The position numbers and the translations under genes were made by a program. A DNA stretch of 64,000 nt from NCBI GenBank assembly GCA_019057815.1, contig JAHLWR010000004.1, positions 1 to 64,000 on the forward strand, in the 5' to 3' direction. Of the stretch, positions 30,081 to 39,043 are shown piece by piece. Origin of the DNA: Candidatus Heimdallarchaeota archaeon (lineage in GTDB: Archaea; Asgardarchaeota; Heimdallarchaeia; Heimdallarchaeales; Heimdallarchaeaceae). Each line of letters opens with the position of its first letter. Position 1 is the first letter of the stretch. The notes under the pieces are model-generated. The model saw only the letters and a program-made list of their open reading frames with translations. It searched no databases and was not told the origin of the DNA.

Positions 30081-31108
30081 CATCATATCTGGCTTATATT
30101 AACGCTAATTATTTACCCTTAGGTTACGAAGAATTGTACGCTGCTCTTGAAGCAGAAAAAATAGATTACAGAACAACTTATGTAGCTAACCAGATAGTTA
30201 TTTTCACTTCAAATAGAAGTCCTGTAAAAGCTGCTTCACGATGTGCATTTTTGCATTCACTTTGTATTTTGATTGCAAAAGGGTCGATCGAAAATCAAAA
30301 AATAGATTTTTTCGAAGAGAAAAGGATAGATTTACCTATTGAAAAATGTAAAACCTTTTGCGTAAGAGTAAAAAAAATTGGAAAGAGAATAGTAAAACTA
30401 AATAGAGCAGAACTAGAGCGAATTTTAGGTGGTTATGTGATAAGTGAATTCGCAGATTACGAAATGAAAGTGGATTTAAAACGGCCAAAATGTATGTTTC
30501 TTGGTCTTCTGCATAAATCAGATATTTTAATTGGATTTCAATTATGGTCTAAAAACGCAAAAGAATATAATGAACGAACTCCAGGCAATCGACCATTTTT
30601 CAGACCAGGTGTTATGAAAGCTGATTTTGCAAGAGCTATTGTAAACCTGTCTCGGATTGGTACAGGTGAGATATTCTATGATCCTTTTTGTGGAGCAGGA
30701 GGATTTCTTATTGAGGCTTCAATTTTGGGAGCCTATGTTTTAGGTTCTGATCTCGATTCTTCAGCTATTAAAGGAGCAAATATAAATTTACGTTTTCTTG
30801 GTGAAGGTCATTATTCTTTATTACATGGTGATTCAAGATATATACCACTCAAACATGTCCATGCAATAGCAACTGATCCACCATACTCAATACAATCATC
30901 AACATATGGAAAAACAATATCTGGGTTGATAGAGCAATTTCTAGAAGAATCAAAATCTATACTTGAGCAAAATAGGTACCTAGTATTCAGTAGCCCTTCT
31001 TCTAGTGAACCAGAAAGAATAGCAGAAAAAGTGGGATATAAGATGAAAACAATTATAGATGCTCGCGTGCACCGTTCTCTTACAAGAAGAATCGTGGTGT
31101 TAATGTAA
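30077..31108 (+). CDS. tRNA m2G10 methyltransferase (Trm11/TrmG10; THUMP + MTase)
   Basis: THUMP-like TFCVRV, RPFFRPG, DPFCGAGG, TDPPY, VHRSLTR. Confidence 0.88.
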   Translation: MTSYLAYINANYLPLGYEELYAALEAEKIDYRTTYVANQIVIFTSNRSPVKAASRCAFLHSLCILIAKGSIENQKIDFFEEKRIDLPIEKCKTFCVRVKKIGKRIVKLNRAELERILGGYVISEFADYEMKVDLKRPKCMFLGLLHKSDILIGFQLWSKNAKEYNERTPGNRPFFRPGVMKADFARAIVNLSRIGTGEIFYDPFCGAGGFLIEASILGAYVLGSDLDSSAIKGANINLRFLGEGHYSLLHGDSRYIPLKHVHAIATDPPYSIQSSTYGKTISGLIEQFLEESKSILEQNRYLVFSSPSSSEPERIAEKVGYKMKTIIDARVHRSLTRRIVVLM

Positions 31109-32032
31109 ATGGGTGAAAATATTTTAGTCACATTTCTAGGTACATCATCAGCACCTCCTCAAATTAACAGACGACAGAGCTCATGTATGATACAATATAG
31201 AGGACATAAAATTCTAGTTGATATTGGAGAAGCTATTCAATTACAAATGATTAAACACAAAATTAAATTTAGAGGTCCTTTAACAATATTATTAACACAT
31301 TTACATTCTGATCATACACTTGGTCTAATTGGTTTATTATCAACAAGATGCTTCTATGGGATAAATTCTCCAGTTAGAATTATTGGTCCTCCTTGGACTT
31401 CCTCATTTGTGTTTTTGCAATTATTAGCTTACAGATTTATCCCAGATTACAATATAGAAGTTATTGAGACCAAAGGAGGAATCGTAGATAGTAATACCGA
31501 CTTCTTTATTGAATCTTTTCCTGTTAACCATGTAAATCAATGTGTAGGATATAAATTTGTCACCCATACTCCATTAGGTAAATTTAGTACAGAGAGAGCT
31601 GAAAAACTTAAAGTCCCAAAAGAAATGTGGAATATATTACAAAGAGGTACTCCTGTTGAAATTAATGGAAAGAAAATCTATCCGTCAGATATACTAATAG
31701 ACACCAATGTCAAACCTACAAAAATAGTTTTAACTGGTGATACAACCTTGACTGATACTGTGATCAACAACTCATCTGGAGCAGATTTGTTAATACATGA
31801 TGCAACTTATCCTCCAGAAGAAGTAGAAAGAGCTAAGAAGTACAAACATTCTACAAGCTCAGAAGCAGCTTTTGTAGCAAAAAAAGCAAGAGTTAAAAAA
31901 CTATATTTGACCCATATTTCTAATATACACAGAGATCTAGATTATTCACTAAAAGAAGCAAAAGCTATTTTTTCTGAAAGTTATTTTGCATATGATGGTC
32001 TAAGAATTGAGCTTCCTTCTTACAATTTCTGA
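31109..32032 (+). CDS. rnz: Ribonuclease Z
   Basis: FLGTS, DIGE, THLHSDH, GDT, HDATY, HST, THIS, AYDG. Confidence 0.93.
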   Translation: MGENILVTFLGTSSAPPQINRRQSSCMIQYRGHKILVDIGEAIQLQMIKHKIKFRGPLTILLTHLHSDHTLGLIGLLSTRCFYGINSPVRIIGPPWTSSFVFLQLLAYRFIPDYNIEVIETKGGIVDSNTDFFIESFPVNHVNQCVGYKFVTHTPLGKFSTERAEKLKVPKEMWNILQRGTPVEINGKKIYPSDILIDTNVKPTKIVLTGDTTLTDTVINNSSGADLLIHDATYPPEEVERAKKYKHSTSSEAAFVAKKARVKKLYLTHISNIHRDLDYSLKEAKAIFSESYFAYDGLRIELPSYNF

Positions 32033-32469
32033 TAATCTCTGAATTTTTGTAAAATCAATTCCTCTCCATCAGAAGTTTCAGGAGCTACCCAATTTAAAAT
32101 TTCGATTGGATTTCCTCCTTTGATGATTAATTCCACATTTCCGAGAGGTGAGCTAGTGTCTGAAGTGATGACAGCTATTTTATTTATATACAAAGCTTGT
32201 TTATGAAGTAAAAAAGTTACTGATTCATTGATTTCGTCAATAAAAGCACATTTCCTTACAGTGTCCAAAATTTTTCTTTCTCTAATGACAAAGAAGAAAT
32301 TCCGAATGGAAGATAGAGGTTGGTTTTCTGCTACTAATGTTTTGTTTTCAATATCCTTGACTTCTTGTATTTTGGGAAGTTCACCTAGGAGATGGATAAA
32401 ACATTGTTCTAACTTTTGTCTGTTTTCAGTGGAAAAATAACTCATTTTTACTGTGATAGTTAATACCAC
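32020..32469 (-). CDS. DUF54/UPF0201 putative RNA-binding protein
   Basis: STENRQKL, KILDTVR, LHKQA, SPLG, WVAPET. Confidence 0.8.
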   Translation of the reverse strand: MVLTITVKMSYFSTENRQKLEQCFIHLLGELPKIQEVKDIENKTLVAENQPLSSIRNFFFVIRERKILDTVRKCAFIDEINESVTFLLHKQALYINKIAVITSDTSSPLGNVELIIKGGNPIEILNWVAPETSDGEELILQKFRDYQKL

Positions 32470-33065
32470 TATTTTTCATCTCCTTCCAAATCTTTTAATA
32501 AGGAAATAGCTTGTTCGTAGAACATTTCTTTTGTTTCGTTGTTAGAAATTACGAAATTAGAATAAACCATTGTTTCACCCAAACCTAAGCTAAGTTCAGA
32601 TTGGTCTCTTTTATCAAACTCTTCATTGGTCTTAGGAGCGTCAGTACGCCCTCTAAATCTTAATCTCTGGAATCTTACTATTGGTTCTGCATGTATTGCT
32701 ACTAAAAAGAAAACTTTTCCTAAATGCTTTCTAAAGTATTCAACTTCCTTTTGACTCCTAATCCCATCAATAATGATTTTATCTCTATTTTCTCCAAGAA
32801 GTCTATCAATTTCTATGCAAGTTAAATTGGCTACAGCTTCATCTCCATGCGTTTTTCGAATATCAGTCATTACTCTTGCAGTGTTTTCAGGATTAGGTTC
32901 CAGTCCTATTTCTTTTACTTTTTTTCTAATTACATCTCCCATGATTACTGTGTGATAATTAAGCTCTCTAGCTATATTAGCAAATTCACTTTTTCCAGAC
33001 CCAGGCATTCCAGAAACGCCAAGAATGTTAATGTTTTGCTCGGACATGCAGCTCATCAATCTCAA
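32469..33065 (-). CDS. UPF0200 P-loop kinase (dephospho-CoA/adenylate-kinase-like)
   Basis: GMPGSGKS, MGDVIR, IDGIRS, RFQRL..RGR.D. Confidence 0.85.
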   Translation of the reverse strand: MRLMSCMSEQNINILGVSGMPGSGKSEFANIARELNYHTVIMGDVIRKKVKEIGLEPNPENTARVMTDIRKTHGDEAVANLTCIEIDRLLGENRDKIIIDGIRSQKEVEYFRKHLGKVFFLVAIHAEPIVRFQRLRFRGRTDAPKTNEEFDKRDQSELSLGLGETMVYSNFVISNNETKEMFYEQAISLLKDLEGDEK

Positions 33066-33201
33066 AATTAGCTGAAATAAAAAGTTTGTTAATTGGTGAA
33101 TCTTTTACAATTAGTCAAATAAAACATGTAATCGTAAAAACTGATTTCATTTTATTATTATATAAAAAACACTTAAAAAATGCTAATCAAATAAATTATC
33201 C

Positions 33202-33780
33202 ATGGTTAGAACTTTCTTATCTGTTGATATCACAAATAAGCAAATTATAAATAATCTTAGTGCTATTCAACAGAGACTAGCTGGTCTAGGAGCAGATATT
33301 AGATTAGTTAACCCTCAGATAATTCATTTAACGTTAGAATTTCTAGGAGAGCTCTCTTCAACTCAAATTGATGTTGTAAAGGGAATCATGAATGAGATAA
33401 AATTTGATAGTATTAAACTAAAAGTTGTAGGAATAGATGTTCTACCTAATAAAAATCACATTAAAGTTATTTGTTGCAAAGTCGAGGGCGATGTCCAGAA
33501 ATTACAAAACATTCAAAAAGCCTTAAGAGTTAAGCTTGGAAAAGAAGGTTTTAGGACTGACAATCGGAAGTTTAAACCACATGCAACCATCGCAAGAGTA
33601 AAGTCTTCAAGGAAAAAAAATGAATTAATAAGTTTAATAAACGAATTGTCAGATGCAGATGTAGGCAATCAAGAAATTGATTCGATCAAACTCAAGAAAT
33701 CAGAGCTTAGACCTGATGGTCCTCAGTATTCAATACTTCATGAAGTATATGCGGAAAAACAAATAAATAATCGTGTTTAA
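33202..33780 (+). CDS. thpR: RNA 2',3'-cyclic phosphodiesterase (2H family)
   Basis: HLTLEFLGE and PHATIARVK 2H motifs, SELRPDGPQY. Confidence 0.92.
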   Translation: MVRTFLSVDITNKQIINNLSAIQQRLAGLGADIRLVNPQIIHLTLEFLGELSSTQIDVVKGIMNEIKFDSIKLKVVGIDVLPNKNHIKVICCKVEGDVQKLQNIQKALRVKLGKEGFRTDNRKFKPHATIARVKSSRKKNELISLINELSDADVGNQEIDSIKLKKSELRPDGPQYSILHEVYAEKQINNRV

Positions 33781-33792
33781 CTGGTGTGTAAC

Positions 33793-35301
33793 ATGGATGA
33801 AAGCAAACCTAGAAGAAGTTCCTCTAAAGGAAAACAAAAGAATAATCACGATTATATTGAGAAACAAGTTCTCGAAGTAATTCAAATACAAAAAGACCCA
33901 CATGCTGAAATTGGAGAAGTCTTATCAATTCTAAAAGAAAAAATTCAAATGGATTTAGTTTCACTTGGAGTAGCTGGTAGAGTAGCAATTCAAGGTTCTT
34001 TTGTTAGAAAAACTTATCTTAGTGATGACGATTCCTTTGATCTACTAATTATACTCCCAAAATCAGAGAAACCAAATGTTCACTCCATTTTAGATTCGCT
34101 TCTTAAAAGATTGAAAAAAGATAGAGTCAAGAAAGAAAAAATAGAAGTTACAAAAATTACTGGTAAAATACCTTATTTGCGCCTATTCGCAGGAAATGAA
34201 AAAATACATCTTTTTGTTGGATTTGATATATCACAGGGAGAGGAGAAAATATCCATTTTTGATTATATTCCATATCATAGCCAATATATCTTAACTCATA
34301 TGGATAAGAAAGTCAGGAAAGATGTAGTTTTACTCAAGAAATTCACAAAAGCTATTGGAGTTTACAGGGACGACTATGGTGCTATAGGATTCAATGGATA
34401 TTTATGTGAACTTCTGATATTGTTTTATGGTTCTTTTAGAGAAACACTAAAAGGAATCTGTAAATGGAGGGCAAGAACTGTTATCGATATTAAGAAAGCA
34501 CGATTGAAATTTGAAGATGTTGACGAGCTTTCAGTCGAAATGATTTATGGTTATTATCCAATATATGTCCCCGACCCTTTATACAGAAAAGAAAATATAG
34601 CAGCAGATGTTTCAGTTGATCAATTTAATTCTATAATTGCCGCTGCTAATTATTATCTCAGCAAACCAAGTTTACTATTTTTTGAAGAGTCATTATATGA
34701 AATACCTCTCTTCAATGAGATAGTGCATAAAGTTGTTAATTCGAAAAAAGAAATAATAGTATTAGCTATTCCAAGAAATTTCCAAGAATCTGGGGTTTCA
34801 TGGCAAAAAGCACTAAGTATTAGGAAGGCACTAGAACAAGAACTAATCAAGCACTACTACATGTTAGAAAGGAGCAAACCTTTTGTCTCCGATGATTATT
34901 ATGGTACAATTTTATCTCTTATGACCCCTAACCCTCAGTTATCACAAAGAAAAGAAGGACCCGAAATTATATCAGAAGAGTCGGTGAAATTTCTAGATAG
35001 ATATGCCAAACACATGGATGTTATTTCTGGACCTTTCATCGATTATGGCAAATGGGTGGTATATTTCAGTAAAAGAGGTCAACCAGTTTATGAATTCATT
35101 TCAGCATTAGTGAAAAAGAATGCTTTTATTCTAAATGTTGATTCTTTCCTAAAATTGGAAATTAAAGAAAAACTGAAGGTTATAGGAGTTGACCAAAATC
35201 TTCAACAGATGTATGAAACAGATGATTCATTTGCTGAAAATCTTTTCTTGTTTGTAGTCAGAAAACCTTTATGGGTTCATACACTAGAATTCGAGGAATG
35301 A
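33793..35301 (+). CDS. Class I CCA-adding enzyme homologue, catalytic motifs degenerate
   Basis: GSFVRKTYL, LLKKF, GFNGYLCELL..YGSF, DP....NIAA, GP; syntenic with thpR; lacks E/DxD and third Asp. Confidence 0.82.
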   Translation: MDESKPRRSSSKGKQKNNHDYIEKQVLEVIQIQKDPHAEIGEVLSILKEKIQMDLVSLGVAGRVAIQGSFVRKTYLSDDDSFDLLIILPKSEKPNVHSILDSLLKRLKKDRVKKEKIEVTKITGKIPYLRLFAGNEKIHLFVGFDISQGEEKISIFDYIPYHSQYILTHMDKKVRKDVVLLKKFTKAIGVYRDDYGAIGFNGYLCELLILFYGSFRETLKGICKWRARTVIDIKKARLKFEDVDELSVEMIYGYYPIYVPDPLYRKENIAADVSVDQFNSIIAAANYYLSKPSLLFFEESLYEIPLFNEIVHKVVNSKKEIIVLAIPRNFQESGVSWQKALSIRKALEQELIKHYYMLERSKPFVSDDYYGTILSLMTPNPQLSQRKEGPEIISEESVKFLDRYAKHMDVISGPFIDYGKWVVYFSKRGQPVYEFISALVKKNAFILNVDSFLKLEIKEKLKVIGVDQNLQQMYETDDSFAENLFLFVVRKPLWVHTLEFEE

Positions 35302-35336
35302 CATGAATTTTGTGTGTACAAATTCTTTAGAAGTGC

Positions 35337-35384
35337 TTGATAGCATTCATCCCCCACCTAAAGAAAGGGGACTTCTGCTATCAA
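35337..35384. repeat. IS200/IS605-end-like (REP-like) hairpin
   Basis: TTGATAGCA...TGCTATCAA 9-bp IR enclosing ATTCATCCCCCACCTAAAGAAAGGGGACTTC. Confidence 0.55.
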
Positions 35385-35494
35385 CCGTCGTCCACTGAGT
35401 GTAGAAAAGTTGACTAATCTTGCCATAAGCATCCGAACTACAAAAATGGCGATGTAGAAGGAGAGTAAAAACTAACTCTTTTTTCTTTTACGGG

Positions 35495-35502
35495 TTTATA
35501 TA
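35495..35502 (+). promoter_or_regulatory. TATA box upstream of candidate ncRNA
   Basis: TTTATATA about 25 nt before the first stem, between convergent genes. Confidence 0.5.
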
Positions 35503-35524
35503 TGAAATTAAAAATATATAAGTA

Positions 35525-35760
35525 GAGATAGTGTGATCATCACTACTTACCTGTTCTGCAACTACACAAGTGGTTGTCCCTCAGTCAACTCTAAATGAAA
35601 CAGGGAGCCTAGCTAGCTCTGTGTTGATGACACACTACCTATAATGGAAAAGTCTTCATGACTACCCCTCAACGCACGTGAGGGGTCAAGGGTGAAATCC
35701 CTTCAAACGACGGTTAGAAAGCCTCTGGCAAGTTTAACCAAGTTTCATAACGTGCGTTAA
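35525..35760 (+). ncRNA. Unknown highly structured ncRNA with pseudoknot
   Basis: At least eight stems with G-U pairs favouring the + strand, T-loop-like arm AAGGG-TGAAAT-CCCTT, 9-nt loop/tail complement AACGCACGT/ACGTGCGTT; no ORF. Confidence 0.65.
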
Positions 35761-35809
35761 AATGTCTGTTAACAGTAAGAAAAAATAAAGAAAAGGAAAT
35801 ATGAAGAAT

Positions 35810-37045
35810 TTAGAAGATTTTTAATTCTCTTCCAATATCTTCGAACTTCCCAAGAGATAAGTCTAGATGCTCTTTTGTTAGTCCTGTATTCATCATTACT
35901 CTAATCCTAGATGTTCCGCGAGGAACCATTGGAAACATGATTGGTAAAGCAAAAATCCCTTCTTCCATCAAACGATCACTCATCTTTTTAGCAGTCTCAT
36001 TTTCACCGCAAATTACAGGAACAATAGCAGTTGGACATTTTGCTGCAGCAGCTGTAATTGGGTGACTGAAACCGATATTCACAATCTCCTTCTTGAAATA
36101 ATCACAATTATCCAAGAGCTTTGCAACAACAGGTTCAAAGAACTCAGATTTTGGATTAAGTACTTCTAAGGAACCAATAGCAGCTCCTGCAATAGCAGGG
36201 GGAGGAGAACCACTTAAAAGATAGGAACGGGCAGTATTTCTAAGGAAGTTTATCAAATCTTTAGAACCAGTTATTGAGCCTCCAACAACACCCATTGCTT
36301 TGCTGTAAGTGTTCATTTCAACTTGAACTTTACCTTGAAGATCAAAATGGTCTACAATACCCTTACCCTTCTTATCTCGACCTAAAACACCATCTCCATG
36401 AGCATCGTCAACAAAAATCATCGCACCATAATCTTCGCATAATTTCTGTATCTCATCTAGAAGAGACATATCTCCATCCATTGAAAATACCCCGTCTGTT
36501 AGAACAAGTATCCTTTTTTCACCATTTGGATCTTCTTTATCAGCTTCATGTAATCTGGCTTCAAGCTCACCCATATCATTGTGCTTGTATATTGATCGTT
36601 TAGTTTTAGTTAATCTCACTCCATCAATAATACTTCCATGATTTAGTTCGTCACTAATGATAAAATCATCCCTTCGTACCAAGGGTGGAATAGCTCCTTC
36701 ATTAGCTATGAAACCGCTCATGAAAACTATTGCAGCTTCTTGTTCTTTGAACTCTGCATGTTTTTGTTCCCATTCTTCATGGATAACCATGTTACCAGCA
36801 ATAGCTCTAACTGAGCCTGATCCTGCACCATATTTTTCGACTGCCTCTATTGCGCGTTTTCTTAAGTGAGGATGATTACTAAGATTCAAATAATTATTAG
36901 AACAAAGCATCAAAAGTTCTTTGCCTTCAACTATAACATTAGGAACAGAAGGAGTCTCTAATTTTCTGTGGACCCATTCTCTACCTTCTTTTTGTATTTG
37001 CTTATATTCTTCTTTTAAAAATTTCGTAGGTTTTCTTTTAGCCAT
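35810..37045 (-). CDS. Glycine C-acetyltransferase / alpha-oxoamine synthase family
   Basis: CSNNYLNL, DELNHGSIIDG, DGVFSMDGD, DDAHG, TYSKAMG, PMVPRG..RIR. Confidence 0.9.
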   Translation of the reverse strand: MAKRKPTKFLKEEYKQIQKEGREWVHRKLETPSVPNVIVEGKELLMLCSNNYLNLSNHPHLRKRAIEAVEKYGAGSGSVRAIAGNMVIHEEWEQKHAEFKEQEAAIVFMSGFIANEGAIPPLVRRDDFIISDELNHGSIIDGVRLTKTKRSIYKHNDMGELEARLHEADKEDPNGEKRILVLTDGVFSMDGDMSLLDEIQKLCEDYGAMIFVDDAHGDGVLGRDKKGKGIVDHFDLQGKVQVEMNTYSKAMGVVGGSITGSKDLINFLRNTARSYLLSGSPPPAIAGAAIGSLEVLNPKSEFFEPVVAKLLDNCDYFKKEIVNIGFSHPITAAAAKCPTAIVPVICGENETAKKMSDRLMEEGIFALPIMFPMVPRGTSRIRVMMNTGLTKEHLDLSLGKFEDIGRELKIF

Positions 37046-37233
37046 TTAGGCACCTCTCTTGCTATGACATAAAGATAACATAGGCTATTTATTCTTTACT
37101 GTGAACTTACGATTAATAGAAATAATCTTTGCTAGATGGAATAAAAAAAGAATGCTTTACAAATGTAAATTTAAAGGAAAATATTTTATAAGGTATATTT
37201 CTATCGGGATTAAAATATATCAGTTGTGCTAAA

Positions 37234-38553
37234 ATGGTTTCAGTCAAATATTCAAATGTAAGCATTGCGTATGGTGATTTTATAGTTCTTGAAAATTTGG
37301 ATTTAGATATTCGTGATGGTGAGATAACTACACTTCTAGGTCCATCAGGTTGTGGTAAAACAACACTTCTGCGAGCTCTTGCAGGCTTTGTTGAACCTTA
37401 TGAAGGACATATCTATCTAGGGGAAGAAGAAGTAACACTCCTTCCACCTCAAAAAAGGGATACTGCTATGATTTTTCAGAATTATGCTTTATGGCCTCAT
37501 CTGTCGATTTTCAAGAATGTTGAATATGGGTTGAAATTAAGAGATAAGGATAAAGTAGATGATGAAAAACCTTGGTATTCAAAGTTGATATGGCTAGCAA
37601 AACCTTTCTTTATCTTCGTTCCTCAAACACATAAATCTGTATCCAAACGTCTGAAAGAAGAAAAAAAAGTTTATTTTAAGAACAAACCTAAAACTGCAAT
37701 AGTTATTTGGTGGTTTAAGGTACCATTGAGAAGATTTAAACTTACTTTTGAAGAATCAACTTTTACTTACCTCGATTTTAAAGCGACTAAAGATCCTTCA
37801 TGGGCTTATAGGAGAAAAAGAGTTTTAGATGTATTGAAATTGGTACACCTTGAAGACCAAGCAAAAAAACAACCTACTCAATTATCAGGTGGTCAACAAC
37901 AAAGAATCGCCCTTTGCAGAGCAATAGTAGTAGAACCAGATGTGTTGCTCTGTGATGAGCCTTTGTCTAATCTAGATGCTAAATTGCGTCATGAGCTTCG
38001 AACTGAAATTCGTTCTATTATCAAAAAAATAGGCATAACGGCTATTTATGTTACTCACGATCAACAGGAAGCACTAGCAATTAGTGATCGGATCGCTGTG
38101 ATGAATATCGGAAATATTGAACAGTTTGGTACACCTACAGAAATATATTCTAACCCCCATACACTCTTTGTTGCACAGTTTATGGGAACTTCATGCACTT
38201 TTAAGGGCATCGTAAAATCTAGTGATACAGTAGAATTGAAGGGTGGGGAAATTATGAAATTCAAAACCCAAAAGAGCATAGACTCTGGTGTAGAAGTTAG
38301 TTTGATAGTTAGACCCGATAATGTTTGCGTGATTGAAAAAACCGACAATCCTATTGAAGTAGAAATTAATACTATAGAATACTTGGGAACAGAAGTAAAA
38401 ATAACAGGGAAACTTAAAGATGATACAATTCTCTTAATTGATGTAGCTGAAAAAACAGAAGAATATGCAAAAATGGTAGTAGGAGATATAATAACTGCTT
38501 ACATTAAACCAGAAGAAACTTTTGTATTTATAGGAGAAGAAAGAATCTATTAA
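37234..38553 (+). CDS. ABC transporter ATP-binding subunit (PotA/FbpC/MalK type, TOBE) with ~80-aa insert
   Basis: GPSGCGKT, FQNYAL, LSGGQQQR, DEPLSNLD, VTHDQ. Confidence 0.92.
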   Translation: MVSVKYSNVSIAYGDFIVLENLDLDIRDGEITTLLGPSGCGKTTLLRALAGFVEPYEGHIYLGEEEVTLLPPQKRDTAMIFQNYALWPHLSIFKNVEYGLKLRDKDKVDDEKPWYSKLIWLAKPFFIFVPQTHKSVSKRLKEEKKVYFKNKPKTAIVIWWFKVPLRRFKLTFEESTFTYLDFKATKDPSWAYRRKRVLDVLKLVHLEDQAKKQPTQLSGGQQQRIALCRAIVVEPDVLLCDEPLSNLDAKLRHELRTEIRSIIKKIGITAIYVTHDQQEALAISDRIAVMNIGNIEQFGTPTEIYSNPHTLFVAQFMGTSCTFKGIVKSSDTVELKGGEIMKFKTQKSIDSGVEVSLIVRPDNVCVIEKTDNPIEVEINTIEYLGTEVKITGKLKDDTILLIDVAEKTEEYAKMVVGDIITAYIKPEETFVFIGEERIY

Positions 38554-38623
38554 AAGCCCTTCCACTTTTATTTTAACATATTTTCTTCTTCTGTTTATTA
38601 CTTATTTCTTCAGAGCTATTACC

Positions 38624-38875
38624 CTAACAATCCTGGTTATTTCTATTCTTTTCAAGTTCTTGAATAGGAATATTTATTCTTTCTAAACCAATAAATTCAA
38701 GTTCTTTTTCTTTGTAATCCTCTACCATTGATACATAGACACAAATAGCGCTTTTCATGTTATTTCTAAGTTCCTCTATATCTTCTGCAGTAGTATTGCA
38801 TCCAGGTAATTCAACAAGATTACCAATATAGTTGCCTTTTTGATCCTTCTCAATAATCATTGTAAACGTTTTCAT
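38624..38875 (-). CDS. HicB-family antitoxin
   Basis: FTMIIEKD..GNY....ELPGCNT....EEL..NMKSAI; ATG at 38875. Confidence 0.8.
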   Translation of the reverse strand: MKTFTMIIEKDQKGNYIGNLVELPGCNTTAEDIEELRNNMKSAICVYVSMVEDYKEKELEFIGLERINIPIQELEKNRNNQDC

Positions 38876-39043
38876 TTTTATCTCCAATATTTCAAAGGAT
38901 AAACGAAATATATAACTATCGGCATAACTATGGTGAATGAAATTCTTATTAGAAGTATACAATTTGGAATATTTGTCCGATGATTCTAATCAATCAACGA
39001 TAACTGTTATATATATTCTAAGTCTACTTTTTTAACGATTAAA

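Noticed and set aside
35303-35326. TGTACAAATT after an AT, resembling the element-2 end
   Set aside because: Spacing differs and no matching opposite end was found; also explained as a short hairpin after the stop codon
35525-35760. RNase P, SRP, group II intron, hammerhead, cobalamin riboswitch or C/D box RNA identity
   Set aside because: Only isolated short resemblances (GTGTG, GGTGAAATCC, TGATGA); the diagnostic partner motifs are missing
11600-38553. Inteins in PolB, LonB or the ABC ATPase insert
   Set aside because: No C/S...HN-C/S/T splice junctions or homing-endonuclease motifs; PolB and LonB lengths are normal
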